Source: Blasia pusilla (lineage: Eukaryota). From it: a stretch of DNA of 64,000 nucleotides. The notes below the pieces were generated by a model. The model did no database searches, was not told the DNA's origin, and saw only the letters and a list, made by a program, of their open reading frames with translations. Every line of letters starts with the position of its first letter. Position 1 is the stretch's first letter. The stretch is taken from assembly GCA_050084515.1 (NCBI GenBank), contig CM114271.1:41850001-41914000 (forward strand), written 5' to 3'. The translations under genes and the position numbers were made by a program. Shown here piece after piece: positions 1 to 14,515 of the stretch.

Positions 1-723
1 GGGTTGGAGATTGGGGAAATACCTTATGGGATGATGAATGCTTAGTCTTGCCTCAGAGGTGGTGGCACCATGAAAAAAAAAACCCTATTGAGTAATTAGC
101 AACGTACTTGACAACAAGGCCTAAGAACATTCCTTTCAACATAGCCACAAATATCTATGCGATAGGAATGATTTTGAAAAATTCAAACTATGTGACATAC
201 AACCTTGTTCTCGAGGATGTTTATGCAAATGTTAGATGGAATTATTTGGATAGGATTCGAAAGTGGACATTAGCTCTAATTTCCTCTGATTGCAAAAGCC
301 TAGAGTATATTATTGCACATATAAGAGCAGATGCAAAAATATTAGGTGTAGACGATATAGATTCGAGAATAAGACTATGTGCATATGCTCGTTGAGTATA
401 TGGTGATGGGATTTTTTTACCACGATAGTGTGACTATAAATCCGTTTTAGGATTGTATATTTTTCACAAGGAATATAAGATATGATTGAAAAATGTGAAT
501 GTATGACTTTGAATGATTGTAAATGATCACGGATGTATGCTGCAAAATGGGTGCGGGCTTGGGTAGCCTAAATCTGTGCAACGGGCTCAACAGGCTCAGG
601 TGCGGGCTTGGGTGCGGGCCACGGATATCCGAGCCCATACGAACATGTCCATCCCTAGAATGGACATAAGTGTGCGGATATGGACATGTCTATCGACACA
701 GACTTTGTCCGTATGCAACCTTG
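1..723 (+). mobile_element. Possible 3' remnant of a hAT DNA transposon
   Basis: Ends in TGCAACCTTG (714-723), the same 10-mer that ends the hAT-associated block at 7349-7358. GGTGCGGGC subterminal repeats at 550-620. Degenerate translation near 50-210 (PQRWW...YVTYNL) loosely resembles the hAT dimerisation domain. Confidence 0.3.
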
Positions 724-1188
724 GGAGCGTCATTAGGCCAACAAGAGCATGTTGGATTTTTGAGAAGCCTAAGAGACCTACTATCTTCTTTGGATGGAAA
801 CTTAAAAAATCCATTGACGGAAGAGGAGATACATGAGTCATAACGCAAATAAAAATTAAGATTGAGTCCAATTGGGGGAGGGGACTTATGAGGACATAAA
901 AGATGTTTTGAATGACCTTAATCTAGGTTGTAATATGAGTTTTTATTGGCCTAGAGAGACACTCACGAGACTGTGATACCTACCATTATAAAATTTTGAA
1001 GATTTAGGATTTACAATAGGGAATTGTAGACCAATTGAGGAGGTCATAATAGATTAGGAATCGTGCAAAAAACCATAAATTTTTATAAATTTGTATGTAT
1101 TAGGAGTAAAGTGGAATCATGTTGGGATTTTAGAAAATTACATGAGGAATGGATTCCAAGGATAGGACGAAGAAGTTAAAGAAGAAGA

Positions 1189-2176
1189 TGTCGCGACCCT
1201 CATGGCCAAACAAGTGCCAAGCGGAACATCGGAACATTAGATGGTTTGCGCGTTGGAGTTGTCTAAAAGAGGAGACAAGAGACGAGACGCGAGCGAGGAG
1301 TCACGTTTCAGATGTTATGGTCGCGACTGAGAAACCTGGACCAAACGCGGAATGAGACTTGAAAGAAGTCGAGTCTAGGAAGTGGGTTGCCAAAGGAAAG
1401 ATCCGGATTTGGAACGCCACTAGTGTTTGAGAGTTTCCGACTATATTTATGGCCATAACTTTTAGCGCCAAGATGCATTTGGAACAAATAAGGGTGCGTT
1501 GGAAAGCTTATGGAGAACCGGTCCAAACGCACCAAAGATCGCTGCAAACGCATAAGCAGAGGCCGAGATACAACCCGAAAACGACTGTAAGTGGAATCGG
1601 GTTGAGGGCCACAATGAAGGGCCCGACCCTCTTTTCCCAAAGGGAAGGGGTTATTGGAGAACCCCAGAAGTACTAGTAAGGGGGAAGGTCTCCGAGAGTG
1701 CTTGGAACCCAAACCCCACTTTGGGCGCCACGGGGCGGCTCAAGGGCATGGAACGGAATGCGAGTTTGGGGGTTGGGTTGGAAAACCTGCACCAAGTCCA
1801 TTGAGGTGATTTTAGACATCCCTCTTGGATTCCACCCCGCGACTCAATTACTTGGGTCTCGGTTCGGAACTCACCCGAGGACCATTGAATAGTTGGGATC
1901 GCTAGGCGCGCAAGTGCCGTTTCAGATTCCTGGACTAACCAGGAAGTCTGTTCCAAGTCTTGAAGGACTTGCCATGTTTTGGAAACTAGGAACTAAGGAA
2001 GGTTGAGCTTGATGAGATGCCGAGTTGAGGACTCGGTGGGTTGGAACGCGGGTTGGCCCAGACCCGACTAACGAGAGTGCGTGTTTGGGTGCAGATCAAT
2101 GATGAGTTCGTGACCTACTGAACGTACGCTTCCGCAACACTAAAGATTGACGTTCAAGGAGAGTAGGGGCGTGACA
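1189..2176. mobile_element. Solo LTR (988 bp), Gypsy-type termini
   Basis: Starts TGTCGCGACCC and ends GGGGCGTGACA (TG...CA with short inverted termini). 5-bp direct repeat GAAGA at 1184-1188 and 2177-2181. Confidence 0.8.
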
Positions 2177-3477
2177 GAAGAAGACTTGTCATGGATGTCA
2201 CGTTGTTTAGGATAGATCGATGAGATCTAGTAGAGAGCCTTCGTGATTAGTGGAGGACATGCTCAGTAGGTCGAGGATGACCTGCTCAGGCCTCGGGAAA
2301 CTTGAGAGAGCAGGTTTTACCTGCGTTTTGGCTCATTTGGAGCCATATTGAGGAACTTACTATTTTAGGTAAGTATCATTTTGAGTATATGATCAACTTT
2401 ATATTTTTGGTAAGTGGCCTTTGACCTCCTACATCAGGTCAAGAACCAAGGAGATGACTTGGGAGCATAGGCTACCATGGAGAGAGCTTGGGAGAGGGGA
2501 GGGCTATACCTCAAGGAGAAAGAGCTTGAGAGCTCATTCTCTCTTTGTTGAACTTCTTGGCATGAGGTGGCGGAGTTGTGGTCTTGCTTGCCTTGTGTGT
2601 GTAACCCAAGTCTCTTCTTAGGAGAGTGGGGTTGGTTTGACATTGAGAGGGACATGTGAGAGTGCACACATGTGAGAACTATGGTGTTGTGAGAGGGGTT
2701 GGATCTTATTTTATTGGAGATATTTTGGTACTTCTTGTCTTGTTGTTTGGATGCCATGAGTTAGCATGGGATCGTGCGTGTTTATGTGTGTGTTTGGTGG
2801 CAGCGATATATGTTGTGTAGTGATATGTATACGCACGACATAGAGGAATGAAGGAATGTACGAAGATAGACTTTGGCAAGACAAGGAAAATGAAGAATAA
2901 GAAGATATTTTATCTCCACAACAAAGACCTTTTGAAGAAGACTATATAAGTTGGAACATAGAAATATATTTGGCAAAGACTAAAGGAAACTCAAAGATTG
3001 TTCACATAAAAAGAGGCAGTTATGCTAGGAAAAGACACAATGCTTGGGGGAACTCCTAGAGGGGTACGATGCTTGAATTAGAAGATTCAGCGAGACCATA
3101 ATAGAACCAAGATAGACCCTTGATAAATTAGTTAGCAAGATTCCAAGAAACATCTTAGTGGGAAGAAACATTTCATATCCCAAGAAAGGATCATGTTGAG
3201 AAGTATTTAAGAAGATTTCAGAGAAGGAAGAACTATGATTCTAGTGAGAGTATGGAGATGTTGTTGAAATGATGTGAGCGTAGGAGAGAGTAGACTCTTA
3301 AGCTTGTAAAATTTTTGAGTCCCCATATGTCTTTGATGAAATAGGAAGAATTCCACTTTTCCATTGCGAAGTGCGATGGTATCAATATGTATTCAATTGT
3401 GTTTGAAAAATATGGGAAGTGTATGATTGTGGATTTGTAAGAGAGAAAGAACGCGTAGTAAGGAAGATGTATGAAAA

Positions 3478-3660
<183 letters not shown>

Positions 3661-4149
3661 ACGTGCCAAGACGGATTAAGTTTTGAGAGTAGGGGCAGCC
3701 ATCTGGACGTTGTAGACTCTTTGAGGTTCTTTCTTATTGATTAAGATATCGATTCCAATTCTTTAGAGTATTATTTCTATTCCATTCGGGAAGACATTCC
3801 ATCGTGGAGTTGAATGTTCTACTTGGAGAGGAGGATAAGTATAGAGGGGTACATTGATTTTGAAAATTGTGAGGTATTCATGCAATTATGGATAGGTTGA
3901 GAGTTTGGAATAATACGTATAAGAACCTTATTGTCATAGGCTCTTCAACTAATTCTACTCTTTCAACATTCAAATATTATGGAGGAGACTCTATTTTTAG
4001 TTCATTAGACTTAGTGGAATAATTTTGAATTCTGACTGGTGCGACAATATTAGGGTCGTAGGTAGTATTAGCAAAAATGGAAGTTCTATTTGCTCAAATT
4101 TAAGTCCTCTGTTGTTGCTCTTCCTCTTCCTCATGCTCTTGAATCTAAT

Positions 4150-4905
4150 TTTCCACTACATAGTCATTTTGGTCTCCTTCCTTATAGTTAGGCCTTACAC
4201 GATACACATGCCTCTATGAGTCAAAGTTTTCCGTGTCATATATATGGGTATCCGATTTCCCTTCTGTGTCATATATACCACATAGCACATCCACATCCTA
4301 TAGGTTCTCATCTTGCAAGTCGAGATTATCTTCATGATTACTATCATGGTTTTTTGCACGTAAGTTAAACTCACTATCATCTTCTACAATCCTTCTAGCC
4401 TATTCATGTACATGTCCATTCCTTTTGGAGAAGTATTGCTTGTCTTCATTTCCGTGAAATACTTTTGTCTCCAAATCTTGAGTTTTTATAGATGTACACC
4501 AAATCCCTAGCATGCTCATTGGTTAATTTATTCTTGTGCCTATAGTGGATGAAACTAGATCTACTTCCATTTCTCTTCGCTCAAAAGGAAGAGACCACTT
4601 GGTTTATGGCCATCACACACTCTCAATAGAATAATAGTTGGCAGAGCCGCAACAAAAAACTCGTCATCTTATGTCCAAAAATCGTGATTGGCCATAATAG
4701 TCTCAATCTCTTGTACCTTCTCCCTTTGCCTTGTATCCCTTCCATTGAAATACTCCCTAAAAGCATTTTATGGCAACTATGGCATGTAACGTCTTCCTCA
4801 ATTCTAAGACACGAGCCAATATTATAAATTCTGTTACAAATTCTATGTTAGCAAGAAGCAACAATCGTCTCTTCACTGGGTTGGTTTCCATGAATTTGAA
4901 AATTT

Positions 4906-4947
<42 letters not shown>

Positions 4948-5800
4948 TCTTTGGACCCATGTGCATGATAGTCCTCTATATGTGAACTTGCCAACTATTC
5001 AACCATTTGGGGTTCCCCCTTCGTATCTACCGACTCAATCATGATCATGACCTTATCTTATGGACATAAGATCATGATATTTATTAAAGGTTCGCTCCTT
5101 ACATTGGTCCAAGCATCCGTGATGATTGTGGTCCCTAAACGCAAATTATCCAATACGATATCAACATTTTCCTTTATCTTCCCCATATGTTTCTTAAGTA
5201 GAGTAGTGCGCAATGAATTATAAGTAGGACTTGAGTAACCCCTCACCTTTGTTGTTGCCAACACTACTTTCTTGAAAGCATCTTGTTGTACTACGTTAAA
5301 TGGTATTCCACATTCATAGAAACACTTCGCCCACATGTCATTTGCAACTTCTTATGGACAGTTTCTTTACCGTTGTTGATTGGACGGTAGGCATTGAGGA
5401 CCATCCCTTTCCTTGGAGGTTGAAAGAATCTCTTAGATCAACGTGCTTCTTTCTAGTTGTAGTACTCGGCCCAACTACCCCTCTACATTCTTCGAGATTG
5501 TCACTCGATGTCATGTCCACAACCTCATCAATATTGGACACCAAACAAACATTGTTTCTTTTATCATGCGAATCCAATTGGAATGGCATTGTCCCTGCTA
5601 TTTCGCTCGAGGGTCTCCCTTCCCTTCTATGTGCATTTCCCATATGTACCCTATTTTCGAGATTCCGTTGCATATTAGGAGGGACATTTGCACATAATTT
5701 GGCATGATGGGTATTCTAACTCCCATCCTTTGGCTTTCGTCACTCTTATATGAAATGCTCTGCCATCCATGTACTGTGATATGCTTTCATCAAATAGGAA
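4150..5800 (-). pseudogene. Degenerate hAT transposase (DUF659-type region)
   Basis: ORF 5058-5336: WAKCFYECGIPFNVV...PTYNSLRTTLL...TIITDAWTN...PLINIM, typical of plant hAT/DUF659 transposases. ORF 4757-4966 has a decayed RFAT-like segment (IEFVTEFIILARVLEL). Many stops and frameshifts; boundaries approximate. Confidence 0.8.
4909..4945. repeat. (TA)n microsatellite inside the hAT remnant
   Basis: Direct TA run. Confidence 0.95.
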
Positions 5801-6629
5801 CAATACTTACATTGTTACTTGCTTGATAATCCACCTTCCACCTATACTTCTTCCCAATGTTCCTTCATGATATGTTGGAGTTCTATGGCTTTGGTTATGA
5901 TTACAAGTAGAAAAATTATCACCCAAATAATGATTAGATAATTCACAACAATTTTACAGGCCTAATAATTAGATGTCTCGATCTTTGAAATATATGCAAA
6001 TTACACCATATATTGTCCATGAATACTCCAATAGCAACCTTGGAACATTCATTATGAGTAAGAAGGATCAATATCCTAACTTAAATACCTTAAAATAAGA
6101 TTTTGCAACATGCTTAACACAACTAATCGAGATACCTTAAATTCTCAGGGTTATTGAATGGCGAAACATATTCTCGCTCATCAAGTTTACCTATTTATGG
6201 AGAAATAAACTTAGGCAGAAGAGTAGATGGGGAGAGGAGTGAGATTGTGAGATAATACTCAAAATGAGCAAGCTTATATAGGACCGGATGGTAGGAAGGG
6301 AATTAACCCTTGATTGTTTTTTCTCATCGATCCCCAGTTGCTATTAATATCTAAAGAAATCCCACTAATAAGCATGTAGCAAATCTTATTTTGTTCCCTT
6401 AATCCCAATCTTTTTTCAATTATCCTAACTTGTGCACCCACTTCATTTGTAACTAACCTATTCTCTAACATAACCATCCTATGTACTTACACTTTAACCT
6501 TTCCCTTTCCTCTCCACCTTTGAATACAAGTCACATGGCCATCGGAACTAACCATACCCAAAGGCTTTCCCTACCTACATACGAACTTCTATACGTGCCT
6601 TGCTTTTACGCCCCTTTGAGGCCTGATTT

Positions 6630-7358
6630 CAAGCTTGATCCTAGCTTTGGGGCGCCGACGCTTGGCCCACATCCTCCCAACCTGGCCCAAGCCTAGGCAT
6701 GCATCCAATGCGTATGGCCCGCAACCAACCCACATGTTTCGAGGCTAGGCCCAAAGCCTTTCCAAGCTTGATCCTAGCCTTGGGACGCTGGCGCTTGGCT
6801 CACATCCTCCCAACCTGGCCCAAGCCTAGGCCTGCATGCAACACGTATGGTCCGCAACCAACCCACATGTTTCGAGGCAAGGCCCAAAGCCTTTTCCCGA
6901 ACCCAGATCCATTTTCTGAGCCTAGGCTCGCACCTTGCTCGTAGGGGCCCGCACCAGCTTGCACCCACATGTAGTGAGCCTGCATCGAGCCCACTCTCTG
7001 TTTGTGCTCGTCCCATACCAACTTGCAATGAGCCCCTGCCAAGACCAAGCCCGCACCACAAAGCATGTGTGGGTCCATACGTAGCCCACTTTTAGCCCAC
7101 GGGGCCCCGCACCAATCTATAGAGAGCCCATCTCGAGCTTGTCCCACACTCGTCTCACGATGGCCGGGCTCATACAGGGTCCGTATTATGCCTGTTACGG
7201 GCCCATATCTAGTATGCATGTCATTTCTTGGCCCGCACTTAGCTTGTTTCTATGTTCAAAGCCCGCACGGGCGACTCGGGCACCACAATTACCCAAGCGG
7301 GGGACCGGTTTAACAAATCCGTCCTATGGACGGAATTTTTTATTTCTGTGCAACCTTG
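6630..7358 (-). mobile_element. Probable 5' subterminal region and terminus of the hAT element, including a 133-bp tandem duplication (6630-6895)
   Basis: Two 133-bp copies start CAAGCTTGATCC at 6630 and 6763. Repeated GCCCGCAC motifs. Block ends TGCAACCTTG at 7349-7358 (CAAGGTTGCA on minus). The matching other end was not found. Confidence 0.45.
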
Positions 7359-10300
7359 GTCATGGGCCTCATAGGTAGAGGGAGTATCCATAGTATGGTA
7401 GAGAGCCTAGGGCACTTGTGATTGCAAAATTCCCCTTTTCAAGTTTCAAGGTCTCTTGACCGACAACTTCTACTAACCCTTCTGATCCATGTGACTTTTT
7501 GTATCGATATGGTCATACTAGAGATAGGAGTTTTGATCTTCCTCGAGAGTCACATCAGATGTAGGCCGAGGGCCTAGGATCTTTGTCATGGTGGAGATCG
7601 AGGAAGTTTTGGGTTTAGTGGTAGAGATCCACCACATGCCAAAGGAGATGGAGCACATGCACCAAAGGTAGCGCTTTGTCATGACCTTACGGATTATGTC
7701 GTAGAGTATAGTGTGCTAGTAGAGGCCATACCTTATGTAGGGCCGTAGTGTCTAGGTAGAGATGCGGTTTCATACATAGGGTTGGGGGTTACTGAGTTGA
7801 GGGTGACTTTTTCAATAGGGCCCGCTCTTAGGTTGGAGGATATAGTGTGGAGTGCACTCAAAGAACAATTAGTTCTTTGAGTTGAGCCTGTTGCGTTGGG
7901 AGTTAGCCTTGGTAGTGAGTAGAGCTCTTGGCTATGGTGGTTCCCGCAAGCTTCGACCTGGATTCTCCCATCGTGGAGTGGGTTTGGCTCCATTGTATGT
8001 GATTCTATGCGTGTTTTATGACAGTAGGTCTTTCACGGATTTCAGTTGTGGTAGACTTGTGTTTGTGTATGCTCTCGTCTATGTTATGTATGTATGTGAG
8101 TATAGTATGTCAGCGATGTGTGTTGTATGACGATGTGGATTTGCACGACAGCTTCTCTCATGCATTGATCATTTGGAGTAGAGGATTGCGGCCATGATAA
8201 TGACACAACCAAAGATGGATCAGAAATTGAGAGCATCTACTCCGGGTGGCGCCTCCACTTCTTATCAAGATACGATTGAGGATTTCTATGGCATGGGTTT
8301 TAAGTGTTGTGCACTTGAGGTAGAGGCTGCTACTGTGGTGACTGCGGGTACTACGAGAGTGATTGGGACTCAAAGAGGTGGGGTTGAGACTCGAGGGTTG
8401 AGATTGATCCACAAGTGAGGCAGGTTGGTTGATATACATCACGAAGAGTTGGAGAGAATTTGTATGCCGGCTCAGGTGGAGCTAGATTAGACTAAGATGA
8501 GCGAAGGTGGCCACCAGGATGAGCTAAACTCTATTTTTTTCCGCCATGGAGTAGGTAATGGTGGGAGTTAGACCAGTGGAGTTTTTTTGACTGGATGCCA
8601 CATGTTCCGTGGGTAGCCAAAAATCCGCCAAGCGCTAATCAAGTGGAGTCTTCCCAAGTGCATACTCTCTTCTTAGGAAGTCTCTTCCCTGAGCCTTGAC
8701 CAATCTCCCCAAGTCACTTGCCTAAACAAGAGTGCCCACGTCGGTTAATCCCTCAAGGTGCTTCCCTTAGCCCAAACTTGAAACACGACCAAACATGCAT
8801 CACGGTTAGTTTTTGATTCAAAGGCTTGAACGGGTAGAGATGGAGAGTGTACCCCCCTATAGGTACTTCTGAGGTTTTCCAAGAGAACACCGCCTTCCCA
8901 TTGTCCCTCTCAGGCCCTTGATTTTGGCCCTCAACCCAAACATAGTTCGTGACCCACTGACCAGCGTTTGACTTGTTATCCATTAAGATAGCTTGGCAGA
9001 GGCTTCTTGCAGCTTATGCAACTCTTGGCTCTTGAAATGCATCTTGGATCTTGGACCCGTTTATATTTCAAATTTCTCATGGCTAGCATCCATTTTTACT
9101 CCCCGTTTGGCATCTCATGGTCGTCTTGTAGCCCTTTGCATTTTGTGAGTAGTCTCATGGCGTCTTGCCCCTCTTGACTACTCACGTGTTCCTCGCTTCT
9201 CAACCTTGACTTGGCACCTAACTCCAAGGTCTAAAACCTTGGTTGCCTTGGATTTGTCCGCGCGAGTAGTTATGGTCCTTTCCCACCTAAGGCTAGTCAG
9301 CAAACACGTGCTCGTCTCGCCCAATGTTAGTCCAAAATTAGTTAGAATAGTGGATTACATCAAGTTGGATGTCATGGTGCTACTTAGAGTTGTGAGACCT
9401 GATCATTTGTTTTTAGGTGGCATTGTTTGGGTTTTGTACCCATAAAAATGTATTTTTATAGTGCGAGAATCTTTTCGTGTGGTGGGAAGATTGATTCTGT
9501 GTGGAATGTTGATTTGATCAACCATGAACTTTAAGATTGTGTTGCAATGTGTATCTGCATGATATTCTCTATAACACAATAGGTCACAAATAACCTACGA
9601 GAATTAGGACTATAAAAGATATGTGCAAACCTCAAGGTACTCTCACCCTAACTATCCAAACTATGATATGTGCTCCTTGACGTTCAAGAGATCCTCTCCC
9701 ATTAAAATAGAAGGCGACATCATACATATGATAGAATTAATATATGTGTAGGAAGACAATCCATTATCCTATATGAGTACTATAACACATTAAGAAAAGT
9801 TTATATGTCTACCATGTTCCCTTTGACCTTTGGATGACTTGTTCATAAAGCACACCAATCCCTTCAATACATTTGGTTTTGCCTTATCAATAATTAAAAA
9901 ACTCTCACCACCGGCACCAAGAATTTAAGCTCATCTTCTTTGTAAAGCTGACCAATTCATTTTCAAATGATTTCAATTGAGTTTTTAATTTCCAAAACAA
10001 ACCTCAAAAACCAAGACTTTCTCATATTTTATTTTTGAATTGGAAAAAAATAAAAATAAAAATCAGTCACCCCCATAAAAAATTTTCTCCACAAAGAAGC
10101 TCCCCATAACACTTAATCCTACACTCAAATTATTGACGATGTCATCTCACCATCAATATTATTATGGAACATTGGAAAGTGTGTGTAATCACAAAATCAA
10201 ATGATTAAAATTTATGACCATTTACAGATTAGTGATTAAGACGGGAAAGTAAAATTAACTTTCAAATTAAGAAACATCCCAATCCCAATTTTGTACAAAA

Positions 10301-11819
10301 CGAGAAATTTTCTTCCTTAAAAGTTGATTTAAATTGAGGACGAAATCAAAGAGTTACATGGAGAAAATTTCCAAAAACAAGAAAAAAATCCCTCCCTTCA
10401 CTTGCAGTTGGAGGCGTGGAGACATCTTGTAGTAATTTTTGGATCTCGTTCACTCCTTTTCTAGTCTCACGATCCCCTTTCACGGTAATAGAAAACTCTT
10501 CAGAAGAACCCGTCGTTGATCTCACGCTCATGTCGTGATCCATCCTCGTCCGTTCATATATAGTAGTTCATAGAATGCTTCATTAACACGGGGATGAAAG
10601 CTGGAAAGCAAGGCATTATACTCGTGAGGTACTGCTGGCTTCGTACCCAAAGATGCATGGTAATCAAATACTAATCAAATACCTCTCGGGCCGTATAGGC
10701 TAGAGGTGGCGTGCGTGGACTAGATGGTGATGTTTTTGTAGGATGGTATGAGATGAAAGGAGAAAAAGTTGTGCATTCACCTTTTTATTACAATAAATTA
10801 AAAAAAGTGTTTGCGTTTGGTTTCATGGTCCGGAAGTCGTTATTCCCTTGTGTTTTGTATTTTCGTTTTCTATCATTGTTTTAAAGTGTTCGTGTAATAT
10901 GTGAAAGTTTGGAATTCGGACTAGGTACTTAAAAAAATAAATCCAAGAGGACCATTCTAACTTAGAATGTTCGTTGGTTAAACTCTTGACGCTTGCGGAT
11001 CTTTATTTATATATTCTATGGAGGATTTTTTTACCTATGAGAGAATTTTCTTGTTGTTACTTCGTTTGTACAAAACGTTTTTTAGGCGAAAAATCTTGTG
11101 TATATGAACTCTTTCCAACTTTTAAACCAGCGTTGGTTTTAAATCACCAAGATAAATTGACCTTATTCCATACAATCCCAATACTCTTTTTCCCACTAAT
11201 TTTTTTAATCTCTTTGCCACTCATTTGACAACTTACAAATGTCTTACGAAAGTGCAGGAATTTGCTTAAGTGGCCCCCCTCCTACGAAATGTCTTGCTTG
11301 AACGGCCCCTATGAAGTGCCACGTTAGAGTTCCCACCGGTTGGTACAAATGTTCTTCTATGTAGTTACTGTAACAAAGAAGTTTTGGATATAGGAACAAT
11401 CTTGAGTTAGGGTTTGTCACTCTTGAGTTAGGACTATTGATCATGCGAATCGTGATCAACACTCGTGCTTACACTTTCTGGCACATGTTAATTTGTTTAC
11501 TAATCAGTGTTTACTTTTCACAAGCTTGATTAGAGAATGGATGGTGTCGAGCTACCCAAACATCCTGACCTCTCGTGTACTGATGACGATTTTCCAGACT
11601 TGAGCAGACAACATTTTCCTTTGGATGACAATGGATTGTTTGGTTCTAGTCGGAAAGACCAAAATTGCGGATCTTATGAACGAAGGCCACCATCAAGAGA
11701 GTTTTCGGCTGCTTTCGAGTTATGGCGAGCCTCCACGTCCAAGAATGATCCCTGTCTCGAAGGGTTCAGCCTGGAAGAAGGTAAGCATGTCCCCGGGTTT
11801 CAAAGCTAAGGGTTTAGGG

Positions 11820-12579
11820 GCCGTCAAAATAGCCGCCGAGATGGATATTCAATCGAGAAATGATGATAATTTTCGCAATAGCCGCCACCATAATCGAAAT
11901 AGCCGCCGTTGTAGATTATTCGTTTCCTGAGAGATTATCCTACTCAAAATAGCCGGAAAAATATCTGCCGTTGTAGTTATTTTGATTTCCTGAGAGCTGA
12001 GCCTCCTCACAATATAGCCGCCAAATTAGCTGCCGTGGTAGTTTTTGTAGTTTTCTTGAGAGGGTCACCTACTCAGAATAGCCTCCGAATTAGCCGCCGT
12101 TGTAGTTGTTTTGTTGTCTTGAGAGTTGAGCCTAGTCATAAGAGTGGTCGACTTAGCCGCATTTGTACTTGTTTTGTTTTCTTGAGAGCTTAGCCTACTG
12201 AGAATAACCTCCAAAATAGCCGCCGTTGTAGTTTTTTTTTTTTCATGAGAGGTTAGCCAATTCAGAATAGCCGCCAAATTAGCCGCCGTTGTAGTTGTTT
12301 TGTTTTCTTGAGAGGTGAGCCAACTTAGAATAGCCACCAAATTAGCAGCCGTTGTAGATGTTTAGTTTTCCCTAGAGGTGAGCCAACTTAGAATAGCCGC
12401 CGAATTAGCCGCCGTTGTAGTAATTTTGTACTCTTGAAAGGTGAGGCTACTCAGAGTATCCTCCGTTGCAGTTGTTTGTACTCATAAGAGGTGAGCCTAC
12501 TCAAAATATTTGCCATTGCGGATATTTTGTACTCCTAAGAAGTGATACTACTCAGAATAGCCGCCTAAATAGCAGCCGT
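11820..12579. repeat. 63-bp minisatellite (core AATAGCCGCC) in MULE-A intron 1; resumes at 24954-25070
   Basis: Unit approx. GAGAGGTGAGCCTACTCAGAATAGCCGCCAAATTAGCCGCCGTTGTAGTTGTTTTGTTTTCTT, e.g. starts at 12310 and 12373. The same unit continues after 24953. Confidence 0.9.
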
Positions 12580-13272
12580 TGTCGTGTCGAGAGTCTTTCT
12601 TCGAGCAAGGGCGGGCCTTCTAGCTTCGGTAGATGCGGTTGATGCAAGGTGAACTCTCTAATAAGTTCTTCTTTTTCAATACAAAATTATGATGTACACT
12701 CTCCATTCTCTCACGACAGGTATCACAAATGGAAGTGCCGAGGCGATCACTTCTTCGTAACATCGCACCCCAAAATTCCTAACTATAAAATCCCTATAAA
12801 CTATTTTACGCTTGTACACGAGGAAGATAACACAACTAGTGTTAAACCCTACTTGAGCAGGCTTATTGATATCCATGGATCGCTATATAAGGACATACAA
12901 AGTACAATCCCATGTCCTTCCATATGTGACAATAGGAAGAATCACCGGAGTTGGAGATTGCATGACCTGGTTCATGAACGCCTCCCCAAAGTGATAAAAT
13001 AAATAGCGAGTGAACCAGTGCCTATCTACAAAGAGTACCTTGACATGGTAAGGATTGAGGAAAGGAAAGTCGGGCACAGCTCGTGCTCCACCCCTATCCA
13101 TGCTTAACAGACATTCTCTATTCTCCTCAAGAATGGGTTTTGGCGGAGTTATTCTCCCAAGAGGGGTAATCCACTCTCATTGGGGAAGTAACAAGCCCAA
13201 ACATCCGTTATTTTAGTATGACTAAACTCCTCTACGGTGACAAACCTCTCATTCCCACACACACACACCACA

Positions 13273-14476
13273 TGTAATGTCTAAGTGTTTTTTATTTACA
13301 GTCAATTGTAGAGTTCGATCCCCAAGAGGATCATTGTTGGATGAAAAGAGAGTATAAAGTGATGATTATGTTGTAAAAGTGTAATTGGTTATGTAATTCA
13401 AATGCAGTATTCAGTATCAGCTTCCGATCCTTCTTAGTACCTATGTTTTCTTCTTCAATTCTCTCGAGTGGAGTTTAAAGGACGCTCAAGCAATTTGTTC
13501 TCTCATCATCTCGGAACCTCATAGAGACCTCAAGAATAAAGCTGGCTTCTCCTAATTTTGGAACTCAATCCGTCGGGGCAGGTTACTCTCTGTCAAACAG
13601 ATTTCATACAACTTTATATTGATTATTCCATTGATGAGAAAGGTTCGCCTGATTCACTCTTCATTCGGCAGACCCAAAAAGAATGTTCAGACATAAGCAT
13701 CGCACATCAGAATGAATGAATGAATGAATGCTTTACTGCTCCATCAAGAATTGGAAGACTTCAAAGTATCTACAAGCTCAAGAGGGTACAACTCTCTTGC
13801 TCGGACTATTCCTACAGCATAAGGACTTCATGAGCGAATGATGCTAATAGCTTCTGTCTTGTTTCTTAAATATTCTCGAGAGTAGGATCGTTTCTATGAT
13901 CCGAAGCGTTCTTGATGAAGGGTGTGTCTTTTCAATATCTGTAACTACTTAGATCTATGGTTCTCTTAGCTTTTCCTACGATCCCTATGAATCCGCGGTA
14001 TAAAACTGTCCTAACTACCAATTTGATACAAAGGGTCGCGCCCTTTCCTAGTCTCATTCTGTAAACTATGTGTCGTTTCGAATCTCAATCATGCCGAGCT
14101 TCGCTGTGCTAAATTTCCGGAGGACGAAGTTCTTCCTTCTTCTTCGTGCTTCGTGCTTTGCTCTTTGTTCTTTGTGCTTTGTGCTTCGTGCTTCGTTCAA
14201 GAGCGAGGTACTTCGTATATAGAGCTTCGTTGAGCTTCGTTAGACTTTGTTAAGTTTCGCTGAGCTTCGCGTTGATCCTTTATACTTCTTTACAGCTTTT
14301 GATTCTCCTCTAAGGCAAATCCTTGATCTTTATCTCTCTGCCTTGTCTTCGGAGCTTGGTGATTCACTTATTCTTCTTCATAATAATAGATAATCATAAT
14401 CAAAATCATAATATACAAGAGTCTTCGTTGAATAAAAAGATATATTCTTCAAGATTACAAAATTGTGGGTATCACA
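13273..14476 (-). repeat. Gypsy 3' LTR
   Basis: TGTAATGTCT...GGGTATCACA on plus; adjacent to the PPT. Confidence 0.95.
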
Positions 14477-14489
14477 TACCCCCTCCCTC
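14477..14489 (-). other. Gypsy polypurine tract
   Basis: Minus strand GAGGGAGGGGGTA immediately before the 3' LTR. Confidence 0.85.
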
Positions 14490-14515
14490 AAATGTGAGCC
14501 GCCCCGGCGAACACT

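Noticed and set aside
7360-11240. Possible further LTR/MITE remnants and a short ORF at 10346-10543
   Set aside because: No paired termini, TSD or recognisable protein motif could be established.
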